Source: an uncultured Pseudomonadota bacterium
GTDB taxonomy: Bacteria > Pseudomonadota > Alphaproteobacteria > Acetobacterales > Acetobacteraceae
Reading direction: 5' to 3'
DNA: 64,000 bases
NCBI GenBank assembly: GCA_963819005.1
Contig: CAWFUL010000012.1
Location: forward strand, 335,650-399,649
Made by a program: the position numbers and the translations under genes. The notes under the pieces are model-generated. The model was not told the origin of the DNA and did not search any database. It was given only the letters and a program-made list of their open reading frames with translations. Of the stretch, positions 52,309 to 62,412 are shown piece by piece; positions within the stretch are counted from its first letter, which is position 1; each line of letters starts with the position of its first letter.

Positions 52309-52935
52309 ATGCGATCCTCCCTGAAAGCAATTCTCGCCGGCACCGTCGCAATCATGGCTGCCGGTGCCATCGCGCCCGCTCTGGCGCGGGACGGGCAGAG
52401 CCACGTCATGAGTGTTCGTCTGCCGGACGGCACGCTCGAGCAGATCCAGTACACGGGTGATACGCCGCCGCAAGTGGTCGTCGCGCCAGCCCCGATTGCA
52501 GTGGCGCAGCCAATGTTCGGACCCGCGATCAACCTTGGCCCGGGCTTCGCAGAACTTGAACAGATTTCGGCGATACTAGACCAGCAAGCCGCCGCGATGA
52601 TGCGACAAGTTACCGAGATGCCGATGATGGCGGAGAGCACGTTTGGCGGCCTGCCACCTGGCACCAGCGGATATTCGTTGATCGCCACCAATTCGGGGAC
52701 CGGGGTCTGTACGCGCAGCGTCCAGATCACCTATCGCGGCGGCGATGCGAAGCCGCAGATGGTGTCTCACACATCCGGCAATTGCGGCCCTGACCAGGGG
52801 GCCCCCGCTCCTACCCAACTCAGCGCACCTGCGCCTCTCCTGACACCCGCCGCACCTCATCATACGATCGAGGTGAAGGCGGACGGCCGGCGGCCATACA
52901 TTGCGATGACGCACCCGGTAGCCTGGGAGCGCTGA
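52309..52935 (+). CDS. secreted hypothetical protein
   Basis: Signal peptide MRSSLKAILAGTVAIMAAGAIAPALA. I recognise no family; there are two Cys (GVCTRS, GNCGP). Confidence 0.5.
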   Translation: MRSSLKAILAGTVAIMAAGAIAPALARDGQSHVMSVRLPDGTLEQIQYTGDTPPQVVVAPAPIAVAQPMFGPAINLGPGFAELEQISAILDQQAAAMMRQVTEMPMMAESTFGGLPPGTSGYSLIATNSGTGVCTRSVQITYRGGDAKPQMVSHTSGNCGPDQGAPAPTQLSAPAPLLTPAAPHHTIEVKADGRRPYIAMTHPVAWER

Positions 52936-53183
52936 GACTGGCGGTTCCTCGTGGTCCGATGCCGACAATGCGTGGATGCTGTCGGATAAATCGGCCCGCG
53001 AGGTCCGGCGCCGGCGGACGAGGCCCGATTTCAGTCTCCGCCGGGTTTCGGCCGCTGGCGTCACGGGCGCGAGCCTCTTGGGGATAATCCGGCTTTTGAT
53101 GCACCGGCTTCTGATGGAGGGGTGTCCTCACGGTCTTCCCGGACCGCTCCCGGTGACGCTTGCGAGGAGGTCGTCGCTACACA

Positions 53184-53843
53184 TCAACCCGGCGATCGGC
53201 AGTCGGTAGCCAATCGATAAAGTACAACCTCCCGGCTTGTTCGATCCTCCAGTTCCAGCGTTGTTTGGATCGTGTATGTGGCAAACGGCGTCAGTCCCGC
53301 TTTCGGGCGATACGCGCGACCCGGATCGGCAATCCACACCTCCGCCGTTGCGGCCATCCTGGTCAGCCACGGCATGATATGATCGGTCATCGGCGCTTCG
53401 TAGCAAACGTCGCCACACATGATCAGGTCCCACCGGCACTGGGTTCCGACCACATCGCCGGCGGGCGTGACAGCGCATCCATTCATCGCGGCGTTCAGCC
53501 GGATCGCCGCGCGAGCCATGGGATCGATTTCGGCTGCGTCCACGCCAGTCGCGCCGGCTATCATGCAGGCGATCGCCGCAATCCCCCCACCGGCTGCAAA
53601 ATCCAGCACCCGGCGCCCGGCAATCTGCCCCGGGTTGTCCAGGACGTGCCGCGCCAGCGCTTGACCGCCCGGCCAGGCAAAGGCCCAGAACGGGGGCTCG
53701 ACATTCCGCTCCGCCAGCCAGGTTTCGGTAGCCTGCCAGATCGGGGTCAGTTCGCTCGCCAGATGCAGCCGGATTTCCGGGACGTGCGGTGCTGTCCCGA
53801 CGATCGTATGTTGGCGGATGAACGTGTCCGCGGCGATCACCAC
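53184..53843 (-). CDS. class I SAM-dependent methyltransferase
   Basis: Motif I RVLDFAAGGGIAAIA and motif post-I DAAEIDP. The GTG start overlaps the ubiA stop (GTGGTGA). Confidence 0.7.
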   Translation of the reverse strand: MVIAADTFIRQHTIVGTAPHVPEIRLHLASELTPIWQATETWLAERNVEPPFWAFAWPGGQALARHVLDNPGQIAGRRVLDFAAGGGIAAIACMIAGATGVDAAEIDPMARAAIRLNAAMNGCAVTPAGDVVGTQCRWDLIMCGDVCYEAPMTDHIMPWLTRMAATAEVWIADPGRAYRPKAGLTPFATYTIQTTLELEDRTSREVVLYRLATDCRSPG

Positions 53844-54736
53844 CAGCCGGCAAAGAGCGCCAGCCCGACTGCCAGCCCAACCTCTCGATTCGCTTTGAAC
53901 AGACGCAGGCACAGCGCCGGATCATGAATGTCCAGGCGAACCACCTGCCTTGCCAGCAACACCGCCGGCAAGGCAAGCGCCGGGTAGAACCAGAATCCCA
54001 ATCCAGCAAGGCGGCCTGCAACCACCAGCGCTATCAGCGCGCCCGTGTAGCAAACCGCCAGGAATGGCCGCGTCCACTCCCCGAACAGGCGGGCGGTCGA
54101 TCGGACACCAACCAGTGCGTCATCCTCGCGATCCTGATGCGCATAGATCGTGTCAAACCCGACGTCCCACAGGATTGCTGCCGCGTACAGGGCCGCCCAC
54201 GCGCCATCCATGCGACCTGACGCCGCGGCATACCCCATGGGCGCGCCGAACCCGAAGGTGAAACCCATGATAAGCTGCGGCCACCAGGTCACGCGCTTGG
54301 CCAGCGGATACAGCACGACCAGGATCAGGGATCCCATGCCCATCGCCTGGGCGAGCAGATTCAGGCGCAGCAGCACTGCCAACCCGGTCACCAAAAGTGC
54401 TCCAAGGAACAGCAGCGCCTGGAAAGGCCCCAACGCACCGGAGGCCAACGGGCGTCCAGCGGTGCGCACAACCCGCCGATCGATGTCGCGGTCCCACAGA
54501 TCGTTGACGACACATCCGGCTGCCCGCATCACAAGGCTGCCGATCGCGAACAATGTGATTAGCCGAAGCGCCTCATAGCGATCCGGACGAGCCAGCAGGA
54601 TCCCCCACAACCCCGGCAGGAACAGCAGCCACGTCCCGATTGGCCTGTCCGCTCGGGCCAAAAGAAGGTAGGGCAACCAGGACCGCGGCAGCCGAGAGAC
54701 CCACCCGGTGGCACTGATATCTGTGTGGATGTCCAT
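53837..54736 (-). CDS. ubiA: 4-hydroxybenzoate polyprenyltransferase
   Basis: NDLWDRDIDRRV, the second Asp-rich motif YAHQDREDD, and about 9 TM. The start is at the ATG at 54736. Confidence 0.9.
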   Translation of the reverse strand: MDIHTDISATGWVSRLPRSWLPYLLLARADRPIGTWLLFLPGLWGILLARPDRYEALRLITLFAIGSLVMRAAGCVVNDLWDRDIDRRVVRTAGRPLASGALGPFQALLFLGALLVTGLAVLLRLNLLAQAMGMGSLILVVLYPLAKRVTWWPQLIMGFTFGFGAPMGYAAASGRMDGAWAALYAAAILWDVGFDTIYAHQDREDDALVGVRSTARLFGEWTRPFLAVCYTGALIALVVAGRLAGLGFWFYPALALPAVLLARQVVRLDIHDPALCLRLFKANREVGLAVGLALFAGWW

Positions 54737-54803
54737 TAATCGTAGGTTTTGTGGGCGGTCCCATGCTGCCGTCAACCGCACAATTGCTTAACCGGGTACC
54801 CCA

Positions 54804-55508
54804 ATGACGCCAATCCGCCTGTTTGTTGCCGCTCCGTTGTTCCCCGGCAGCGTGGTGGAGGCCACGGCCGCGCAGGCGCATTATCTGGGTTCGGTCATGC
54901 GGCGGTCATCCGGCGACTCGGTGCGGCTGTTCAATGCACACGAAGGCGAGTGGAACAGCCGGATCAGCATGACGTCGCGGGGCAAGGCCACGTTCGTGGC
55001 CGACACGCAGATCCGGCCCCAGACAGCGGAGCCGGATTTATGGCTGGTTTTTTCGCCGCTGAAACGCGACATGACCGATCTCGTGGTGCAGAAAGCGACC
55101 GAACTTGGTGTTTCGGTATTGCTTCCGGTCACAACCGAACGGACCAATACCGCGCGTTTGAACGCCGAGCGGCTACATTCCATCGCGGTCGAAGCTGCCG
55201 AACAAAGCGAGCGGCTGACTGTTCCCCGCATCGATCCGCTGCGGCCGCTGCATCAGGTGATGGAAGATTGGTCTGATCACCGGCCGCTTTTCACGGCGCT
55301 AGAGAGAGACCAATTGTCGCCTCCACCGCCTGTCGCCGGACCAAAGGCATTGTTGATCGGCCCAGAAGGCGGCTTCGGTCCGCGCGACCGTGCCCTGTTC
55401 GAAAGGCACGATTTCGTGCGGCCGATCTCGCTGGGTCCAACCATCCTGCGTGCCGAGACAGCGGCCATTGTCGGGTTGGCCTTGTTGCAAGCGCCCGGCT
55501 GGGGCTAG
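54804..55508 (+). CDS. rsmE: 16S rRNA (uracil1498-N3)-methyltransferase
   Basis: RLFVAAPL..., VQKATELGV, LLIGPEGGF, LGPTILRAETA. Confidence 0.9.
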   Translation: MTPIRLFVAAPLFPGSVVEATAAQAHYLGSVMRRSSGDSVRLFNAHEGEWNSRISMTSRGKATFVADTQIRPQTAEPDLWLVFSPLKRDMTDLVVQKATELGVSVLLPVTTERTNTARLNAERLHSIAVEAAEQSERLTVPRIDPLRPLHQVMEDWSDHRPLFTALERDQLSPPPPVAGPKALLIGPEGGFGPRDRALFERHDFVRPISLGPTILRAETAAIVGLALLQAPGWG

Positions 55509-55602
55509 TACCCTGGTTTCAACAAGCGCGCCGATGGCCCCAACCATCAGCGTGCCGTGTCGCCACCCTGGCGATACCAACCGGAAATGCCTTGAGAACG
55601 AT

Positions 55603-56982
55603 ATGTCCAATCCCGGAGACGCCGATGAGACCCCGCTCACATCGGTTAGCCAAATGGCCGAGTATATCGCCGCGGGGTGCAAGCCACTGGCCGCGTTCCG
55701 TATCGGCACGGAACACGAGAAATTCGGCTTTCGCCTGCATGACCTGACGCCCCCGCCCTATGTACCCGCGGACGGCGAACCGGGCAGCATCCGCGATCTG
55801 CTTACGGATTTAACGCGCTTTGGCGGCGAACCAATTCTGGACGGTGACAACATCATCGGCCTGAAGCAGGACGGCGGCTCGATCTCGCTTGAACCCGCCG
55901 GCCAGTTGGAACTGTCCGGCGGTCCGCTGGAGTCGTTGCACGAGACGCGGGAGGAACTCGACAAGCATCTCGACGAGGTCCGGACCTCCAGCGCGCCGCT
56001 TTCCCTTGGATTTGCGCCGCTTGGTTTCCATCCGATCGCCCGCCGCGCCGACATGCCGTGGATGCCGAAGGGCCGATACGCGATCATGCGGCGCTACATG
56101 CCGCTGGTCGGCGGCCTCGGCCTCGACATGATGACCCGCACCTGCACGGTCCAGGTCAACCTGGACTATGCGTCCGAGGCTGACATGCGCCGCAAGTTGC
56201 GCGTCTCCCTCCTGCTGCAGCCACTGGCTACGGCGTTGTTCGCCAACTCTCCGTTCACCGAGGGCAAGCCTAACGGCTTCCTCTCCTACCGATCCCATAT
56301 CTGGACCGACACGGACAACCGCCGGTCCGGCATCCCGCCGGTCATGTTCGAGGACGGATTCGGCTTCGAACGCTACGCCGAGTGGCTAATCAATGAAGTG
56401 CCGATGTATTTTGTCTACCGCGGTGGACGATACGTCGACGTCGCCGGCCAGTCCTTCCGTGACTTCATGAATGGCCGGATCCACAACCTGACCACCGCGA
56501 CGCCAACGCTGGGCGACTTCGCCGATCACATGACCACGGTGTTCACCGATGTCAGGTTGAAACGCTTCCTGGAGATGCGCGGCGCCGACGCTGGCACGCC
56601 CGAAATGATGGTGGCCCAGTCCGCGCTATGGGTTGGACTGTTGTATGACGACGCCGCGCTGACCGCTGCCGAAGCGGTGCTGCGTGGCGCCGGCTGGCAA
56701 GACGCTGTCGCCGCGCGATCCGCGGTGCCGCGCCAGGGCCTGGACACCCCGTGGCGTGGCGGCACGCTGCGCGATATCGTCGGCGACGTGATCGCCATTG
56801 CCAGCGACGGCTTGCGTGCTCGCCGCAGGCTGAACGCCGATGGCATCGACGAAAGGATCCACCTTTCCCCGTTGGAAGCGATTGCCGCTGGGGGGCCGAC
56901 CCAGGCTGAGCACTGGCTCGCGCGTTATAATGGTGAGTGGCAACGCGACGTCAGCCGCATCTTCGCCGAGGCCGCGATCTGA
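55603..56982 (+). CDS. gshA: glutamate-cysteine ligase (plant/alphaproteobacterial GCS2 type)
   Basis: RIGTEHEKFGF, SLEPAGQLELSG, MMTRTCTVQVNLD, RFLEMRGADAG. The start was trimmed to the ATG at 55603. Confidence 0.9.
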   Translation: MSNPGDADETPLTSVSQMAEYIAAGCKPLAAFRIGTEHEKFGFRLHDLTPPPYVPADGEPGSIRDLLTDLTRFGGEPILDGDNIIGLKQDGGSISLEPAGQLELSGGPLESLHETREELDKHLDEVRTSSAPLSLGFAPLGFHPIARRADMPWMPKGRYAIMRRYMPLVGGLGLDMMTRTCTVQVNLDYASEADMRRKLRVSLLLQPLATALFANSPFTEGKPNGFLSYRSHIWTDTDNRRSGIPPVMFEDGFGFERYAEWLINEVPMYFVYRGGRYVDVAGQSFRDFMNGRIHNLTTATPTLGDFADHMTTVFTDVRLKRFLEMRGADAGTPEMMVAQSALWVGLLYDDAALTAAEAVLRGAGWQDAVAARSAVPRQGLDTPWRGGTLRDIVGDVIAIASDGLRARRRLNADGIDERIHLSPLEAIAAGGPTQAEHWLARYNGEWQRDVSRIFAEAAI

Positions 56983-57317
56983 GAAAGCCGTGGCGGTAAG
57001 CCTGATCCAGGTGGTGGCTGGTCTGCAACGTCATGCAGGTCTCGCGCCCCATGATCGAAAGCAACGAGCCCCTGCCCGGACTTGGCCGGGACGTTCACTG
57101 TGGCGGTAACGGGTTTGTCTGCGGTCGGCCGAACGGGACGCGAAGGTGGCGAAACGGGCATTCCGCAAGATCTTATCGCAGCCGCCACTTGATCAGCCAA
57201 TCGCTTCTCGGCCGCGAATAACTCGTGACCGACTGCCAAACGTTGCAACAGAACCCCCCCTCCCCACGGGCGTTCTCGATAGTCATCTGATGCGCCCCAT
57301 GTTCGATTGGAATTTGA

Positions 57318-58644
57318 TTGAAGGCCAAACTTCGAAAGTTTTCGTCGGATCTCGGTGAGACTTTCTGGGTGCTGCCCGCGGTCATGGTCATGGCGGGCAT
57401 CTTCCTGGCGGTTGGCCTCATTTGCCTCGACCGAAACGGTATGGTGCCCGGCTGGCTGATCGGCAGTCCCTGGCTCTATAACGGCGGCGGAACAGGCGCC
57501 CGGACCCTGCTCGGAGCCGTGGCCTCATCGGCGATTGGCGTCGCCGGCACGGTGTTCTCGATCACCATCGCGGCGCTGTCGCTGGCTGCCGGACAGATGG
57601 GGCCGCGTCTGCTGCGCAACTTCACGCGCGACCGCGGCAACCAGTTCACATTGGGTGCCTTCCTCGGGACCTTTTCGTACGCATTGATGGTGCTCCGAAG
57701 TGTCCGGACCGAAAGCGAGGGGGCATTCGTTCCGCATCTCGCCCTCAGCGTCGCAATCATGTTGGCATTGGTTTGCGTCGCCACGCTGGTGTTTTTTGTC
57801 GGCCACATGGCTGGTCGTATCAACGTGGACACGGTTATCGAGCTTGTCAGCGAAGACATCAGATCTGCGATTCAGCGGTTGACCAGCCCGGAGCCACAGC
57901 CGGTCGCCCCGGATCCAATGGGGACGCGGGATGCCGTGCCAGTCGTCGACACCCGGCGTGGCTACCTGCAGCAACTGCATGCCGAGGGGTTGGCCGAATG
58001 GGCCGCGGAGACGGGTACAGGACCTGCGACTGCTGGTGCGACCGGGTGACTACGTTTTCCCCGGCGCCCCGATCGCGCTGATGAGCCCGGCTGTCGAAGG
58101 CGCCGAGGCCGCGATCGCGGCGGCCACGGCGCTGGGGCCGACGCGGGTGAGTTCTGCCGACCTCGAATTTGCCGTCCGCCAGCTTGTCGAGGTTGCCGTC
58201 CGAGCCCTGTCACCAGGTATCAACGACCCACACACGGCCATCGCAGTGGTGGACCGCCTCGGCGCCGCGCTATGCGACCTTGTGCCGGCCCATTTGCACT
58301 CAGGGTTCTGGTTGCGAGACAACCGTGTCACGCTCGTGGTCCCTGCCGTAGATTACGACGGACTGGCGGACGGGATGTTTCACATGATCCGACAGAACGC
58401 CGCAGCCACCCCAGCGGTGCTCATACGCCTGTTGGAGGTGCTGACCGCTGTGGCGAGTTGCGAGCATGATCAGGCTCGGATCACGACGCTCCGGCGGCAT
58501 GGCCGCCTGGTGTTGGCCGATGCGGAACGCAACGTCGGCAATCCGTCCGATCTGGACGACGTGCGCAAGCGCCATGCTGGCTTGGAGGCGATGCAGCTGG
58601 CAACGGAGTCCGGTCGCTTCGTGCCCGCTCGGACGCCTCGCTAA
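57318..58644 (+). pseudogene. DUF2254 family membrane protein, split by a 1-nt insertion
   Basis: ORF 57318..58049 (TM N-half, ...GYLQQLHAEGLAEWAAETG) and ORF 57931..58644 (...DLRLLVRPGDYVFPGAPIA...SPGINDPHTAI...) are consecutive parts of one family. The junction lies within ACGGGTACAGGAC (58011-58023). Confidence 0.75.
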
Positions 58645-58705
58645 GCCTTCACTCCATCAGGTTGGCCAGGGGCTTCAAAAAGCCGAACGCCTTCGCCTCC
58701 CAGAT

Positions 58706-60361
58706 TCAACGGCCAGGGAAGCCGCAGAGTCTCCGATAAAACAACTCCATGTCTTGGCACAACTGTCGGGTGTCGCACGCGGCCGAGGCGTTCAGCCGCC
58801 CTCGCATGCCCTGCCGCATATGCATCAGCATCCCCGGTGTGCCGGCTGAATTCGCCAGCTCGATCGCTCGATCGATATACGAAGCCAGATCCGGCATGAC
58901 CCAGTCTGTCAAACCCGCGGCCAGAAGTAACGACTTGCTCGTTCGCGATGCCCACCGGTCGCCGTCGAAGGTCAGCACCGGCACGCCCTGCCACAATGCC
59001 TCCATCGTTGTCGTTCCGCCATTGTACGGGAAGGTATCCAGGGCAATGTCAATTCGACCATACGCCTGCAAGAACCCGAAATGCGCGTCCCGTCCGCTCA
59101 TTGTCACCCGTTCCGCGTCGACACCCTGGTCCAGCAACCGTTCCGCAAGATCATCGCGAACCGACCGGTCCCCCAGAGCGCCGTTTTTGACGAACAGCCT
59201 TGCCTGGGGCGCGCCGCGCAGGATAGCCGCCCATGCCGCGAGGACATCGTCGGTGAGCTTGTAGTGCGAACCGAAACAGCCGAACGTGATATGCTCGGCC
59301 AGCAGACACGGGGGCGCAACGACTTCCGGAACCGGATAGACCACGTCAAACGCCAAATAGGTCCCCGTCACACGATGGATTCTTTCGGTGTAAAAACGCT
59401 CCTCCTCGGACCGGATGACTGCCGCATCTCCCACCAGCCAATCGACGGCATCAAGACCCGTCGTGGCGAACATATTGAACCAGCCGACAATATGCGGCGC
59501 TGGACGTCGCATCAGCACCTCCAACCGTTGCTGGAAGCTGTAGCCGTTGAGGTCCACCAGAATATCGACGCCAAGCTCAGCGATGATCTCGGCCACTCGA
59601 TCGTTCGTGACGGCCCGCATGTCACAAACGACGTCGAGGTCATGATCCCGGTATCCGCTCACCTCGGAAGGCGGTTCGCCATCGGACAGGAGGTAAATCT
59701 CGAAGGCCGAGCGGTCATGCCCGTTGATCAGCCCAAACACCGGCTTCATCCAGTTGGCCGAACCAAAGAATGCCGAAAGGTAACCAACCCGTAGCTTCCG
59801 TCCCGTCACCGGAACAGACCGCGGCCGGACGGCTGACGCCGCGCCAGTCCCCAATGCCCACCGCCGCCGTTGCCGCAGCACGGCTGCATGGTTGGCCTGC
59901 GGACTTCCGGGAATGATACGCGCAACGCTCGCGCGTGCCAGTTCGGAAACCTCCGGATCCAATCGTTCAGCGAGCTCAAACGAGGCCACTGCTTGCGCGA
60001 CGTGCCCCAGCCCGAACAAGGCGGTCGCCAAATTGTAACGAATCGCGCCGGATGCGGGCGCCAATTCCGCGGCCCGGGCTAGATGCCGAGCGGCGGATCC
60101 GTGCGACTTCAACGCGAGGTGCGCACAGCCCGCCGCGTACCAGGCCTCAGCGGACGTCGGGTTCAACGGCAGCGCGAGCTCATAGGCGCTTACCGCCTCA
60201 CGCACCGCTCCGGCATGATGCAGCGCATCGGCCAGCAGCAGCGCCAGATCGCCCCGTTGCGGATATCGCGCGGCGGCGTCCCGCAACATCGGGATTGCCT
60301 GCTGGGCATCGCCGTTCGCAACAAGCGACCGCGCTTCCGTCAACACCGCCTCCGGCATCAT
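58706..60361 (-). CDS. TPR-repeat protein with C-terminal GT41 (SPINDLY/O-GlcNAc transferase-like) domain
   Basis: N-terminal TPRs, then LRVGYLSAFFGSANWMKPVFGLINGHDRSAFEIY and IDIALDTFPYNGGTTTMEALWQGVPVLT. The start is at the ATG at 60361. Confidence 0.8.
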   Translation of the reverse strand: MMPEAVLTEARSLVANGDAQQAIPMLRDAAARYPQRGDLALLLADALHHAGAVREAVSAYELALPLNPTSAEAWYAAGCAHLALKSHGSAARHLARAAELAPASGAIRYNLATALFGLGHVAQAVASFELAERLDPEVSELARASVARIIPGSPQANHAAVLRQRRRWALGTGAASAVRPRSVPVTGRKLRVGYLSAFFGSANWMKPVFGLINGHDRSAFEIYLLSDGEPPSEVSGYRDHDLDVVCDMRAVTNDRVAEIIAELGVDILVDLNGYSFQQRLEVLMRRPAPHIVGWFNMFATTGLDAVDWLVGDAAVIRSEEERFYTERIHRVTGTYLAFDVVYPVPEVVAPPCLLAEHITFGCFGSHYKLTDDVLAAWAAILRGAPQARLFVKNGALGDRSVRDDLAERLLDQGVDAERVTMSGRDAHFGFLQAYGRIDIALDTFPYNGGTTTMEALWQGVPVLTFDGDRWASRTSKSLLLAAGLTDWVMPDLASYIDRAIELANSAGTPGMLMHMRQGMRGRLNASAACDTRQLCQDMELFYRRLCGFPGR

Positions 60362-60443
60362 GCCATTCGCCTCATTCGTTCGGCGGCTTGCATACTGCCG
60401 CCAGCCCCACCACTCTTGCCGCATAACCAGAAAGGTCCAAGCC

Positions 60444-61451
60444 ATGCCCGAATGGGAAAAGCGTCAGGTCGGCCGCACCAAACTTCAGGTGACCACCCTT
60501 GGCCTCGGCACGGCCACCATGGGCGGCAGCCGCATCTCCATCACGCAACACCAAGGCGAGGCAATCGTCGCCGCGGCCTGGGACGCCGGCGTGCGCTATG
60601 TCGATACGGCGCCGTTCTATGGCGTGGGTGCAGCCGAACACCGGGTCGGCGACGCGCTGCGGGAGAAGAGCCGCGACGAATGGGTGCTGTCGACCAAGGT
60701 CGGACGGCTGCTGAAACCCAAGACCGACAGCACGCCGTCCGCTGATGGCCGCCTGTCGCCAATGCCTTTCTCCGTGGTGTACGACTACTCCTACGACGGC
60801 ATCATGCGGTCGGTTGAGGACAGCTACCAGCGCCTCGGCCTTGCCCGCATCGACATTCTGTATGTTCACGATATCGGCGCCTACCAGCACGGCGAGGAAC
60901 TCAACGCCCAGTATCTGAAGGTGCTTAGGGAAAGCGGCTATAAGGCTCTGGAGGAGCTCCGCCGCACCGGCGTGGTCAGTGCTATCGGGATCGGCGTCAA
61001 CGAAAAGCAGGTGCTGCTTGACGCCCTGCAATTCGGCGACTGGGACGCATTCCTGCTGGCAGGGCGCTACACCCTGCTCGAACAGGACCCGCTGGATGAT
61101 TTGCTGCCGCTATGCCAATCACGCGGCACCTCTATTGTCGTCGGGGGGCCGCTGAACTCCGGCATTCTCGCCGGCCGCGACACCTGGAACTATGCCAAGG
61201 CGCCCCCGGAGATTGCCGCGCGGGTCGAGAAGATTGCCAAGGTCTGCGAATCCCACCACGTGCCGCTGGCTGCAGCAGCCCTGCAGTTCCCGCTTGCCCA
61301 TCCGGTGGTCTGCGCCGTTATTCCCGGCCCCCGAAGCGCCGCGGAGTTCAACGAAAACCTGCCGCTGTTCACCGCCAAGATCCCCCCAGGCCTGTGGTCC
61401 GACCTGCGCAACGAAGGGTTGTTGCACGTCAACGCTCCGGTGCCGGCATAA
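60444..61451 (+). CDS. aldo/keto reductase
   Basis: LGLGTATMGG, DTAPFYG, YVHD, and a C-terminal IPGPRSAAE. The start was trimmed to the ATG at 60444. Confidence 0.9.
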   Translation: MPEWEKRQVGRTKLQVTTLGLGTATMGGSRISITQHQGEAIVAAAWDAGVRYVDTAPFYGVGAAEHRVGDALREKSRDEWVLSTKVGRLLKPKTDSTPSADGRLSPMPFSVVYDYSYDGIMRSVEDSYQRLGLARIDILYVHDIGAYQHGEELNAQYLKVLRESGYKALEELRRTGVVSAIGIGVNEKQVLLDALQFGDWDAFLLAGRYTLLEQDPLDDLLPLCQSRGTSIVVGGPLNSGILAGRDTWNYAKAPPEIAARVEKIAKVCESHHVPLAAAALQFPLAHPVVCAVIPGPRSAAEFNENLPLFTAKIPPGLWSDLRNEGLLHVNAPVPA

Positions 61452-61469
61452 ATGTGGCCCGCCTGACCC

Positions 61470-62369
61470 GTGCCGATCCACGAATGCGATCCGTGGCGCG
61501 AGCAGTATTTCGCCAACATCGCTTGCCCGGATGATGTGATCATCCCGACCGACGACCCTGATGCCTGGCAACTCTATCCGGCGCATCGCTGGATCTACGA
61601 TAAACTCACGGTCGCCCTTTCCCAGGGACTGGAGGCCGCGCCTCATGGCGTGCCGCCGCCATCGTTTCCCGTTTTCTCCAAGCCAATGATCAACCTGCGG
61701 GGCATGGGCACCGGCAGCCGCGCAATTGCGACCGAGGCCGACTACGACGCCTCGCTCACCGCCGGCCACTTCTGGTGCACCCTGCTGAGCGGCCCCCACG
61801 TCAGCAGCGATGTTGCGTTGATCGACGGGCACCCCTGCTGGTGGCGGCATACCACCGGCATCTCCGGTCCGGGGGGCACCTTCGACTACTGGCACATCCA
61901 TGCCGACCCGATGCCGGATATCGAGGACTGGTGCGGCGCCTGGTCGCGGAAATATCTGTCCGGCTACACCGGCATGGCCAATTTCGAAACGATCGGCAGC
62001 CGCATCATAGAGGCGCACCTGCGCTTCGCCGATCAGTGGCCGGACCTATACGGCTCCGGTTGGATCGACGCCGTGGTCCGCCTCTACAGCACCGGCCGCT
62101 GGGACTATGCCGACACCAACCGCTCGGAGGGCTACAGTGTCGTGCTGTTTGCCCCGCACGGCCAGCCCTACCGATATCCCGGCGCCACCGAGGTCGATGC
62201 GGTGCGCGCGCTAGACGGAGTTTCCAGCGTTCAGATAACGTTCCACGCTGACAAGGACCCCGCCCACCATCCGATGCCGCCCGGCGGCTTCCGCCTCGCC
62301 GTTATCAATGCCCGCTCGCTGGCCGCCGGTCGGGATGCGCGCGAGCGTCTTCGGATCGCCTGTTCATGA
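61470..62369 (+). CDS. hypothetical protein, possibly ATP-grasp fold
   Basis: 299 aa with a GTG start 18 nt after the AKR stop. Motif order resembles ATP-grasp enzymes (HRWIYDKL..., VFSKPMINLRGMGTGSR, GMANFETIGSRIIEAHLRF). I recognise no named family. Confidence 0.45.
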   Translation: MPIHECDPWREQYFANIACPDDVIIPTDDPDAWQLYPAHRWIYDKLTVALSQGLEAAPHGVPPPSFPVFSKPMINLRGMGTGSRAIATEADYDASLTAGHFWCTLLSGPHVSSDVALIDGHPCWWRHTTGISGPGGTFDYWHIHADPMPDIEDWCGAWSRKYLSGYTGMANFETIGSRIIEAHLRFADQWPDLYGSGWIDAVVRLYSTGRWDYADTNRSEGYSVVLFAPHGQPYRYPGATEVDAVRALDGVSSVQITFHADKDPAHHPMPPGGFRLAVINARSLAAGRDARERLRIACS

Positions 62370-62412
62370 TGTGATCAAACCGAACCGCCCGCTAAGGTAT
62401 TAAGGCTGGGCG

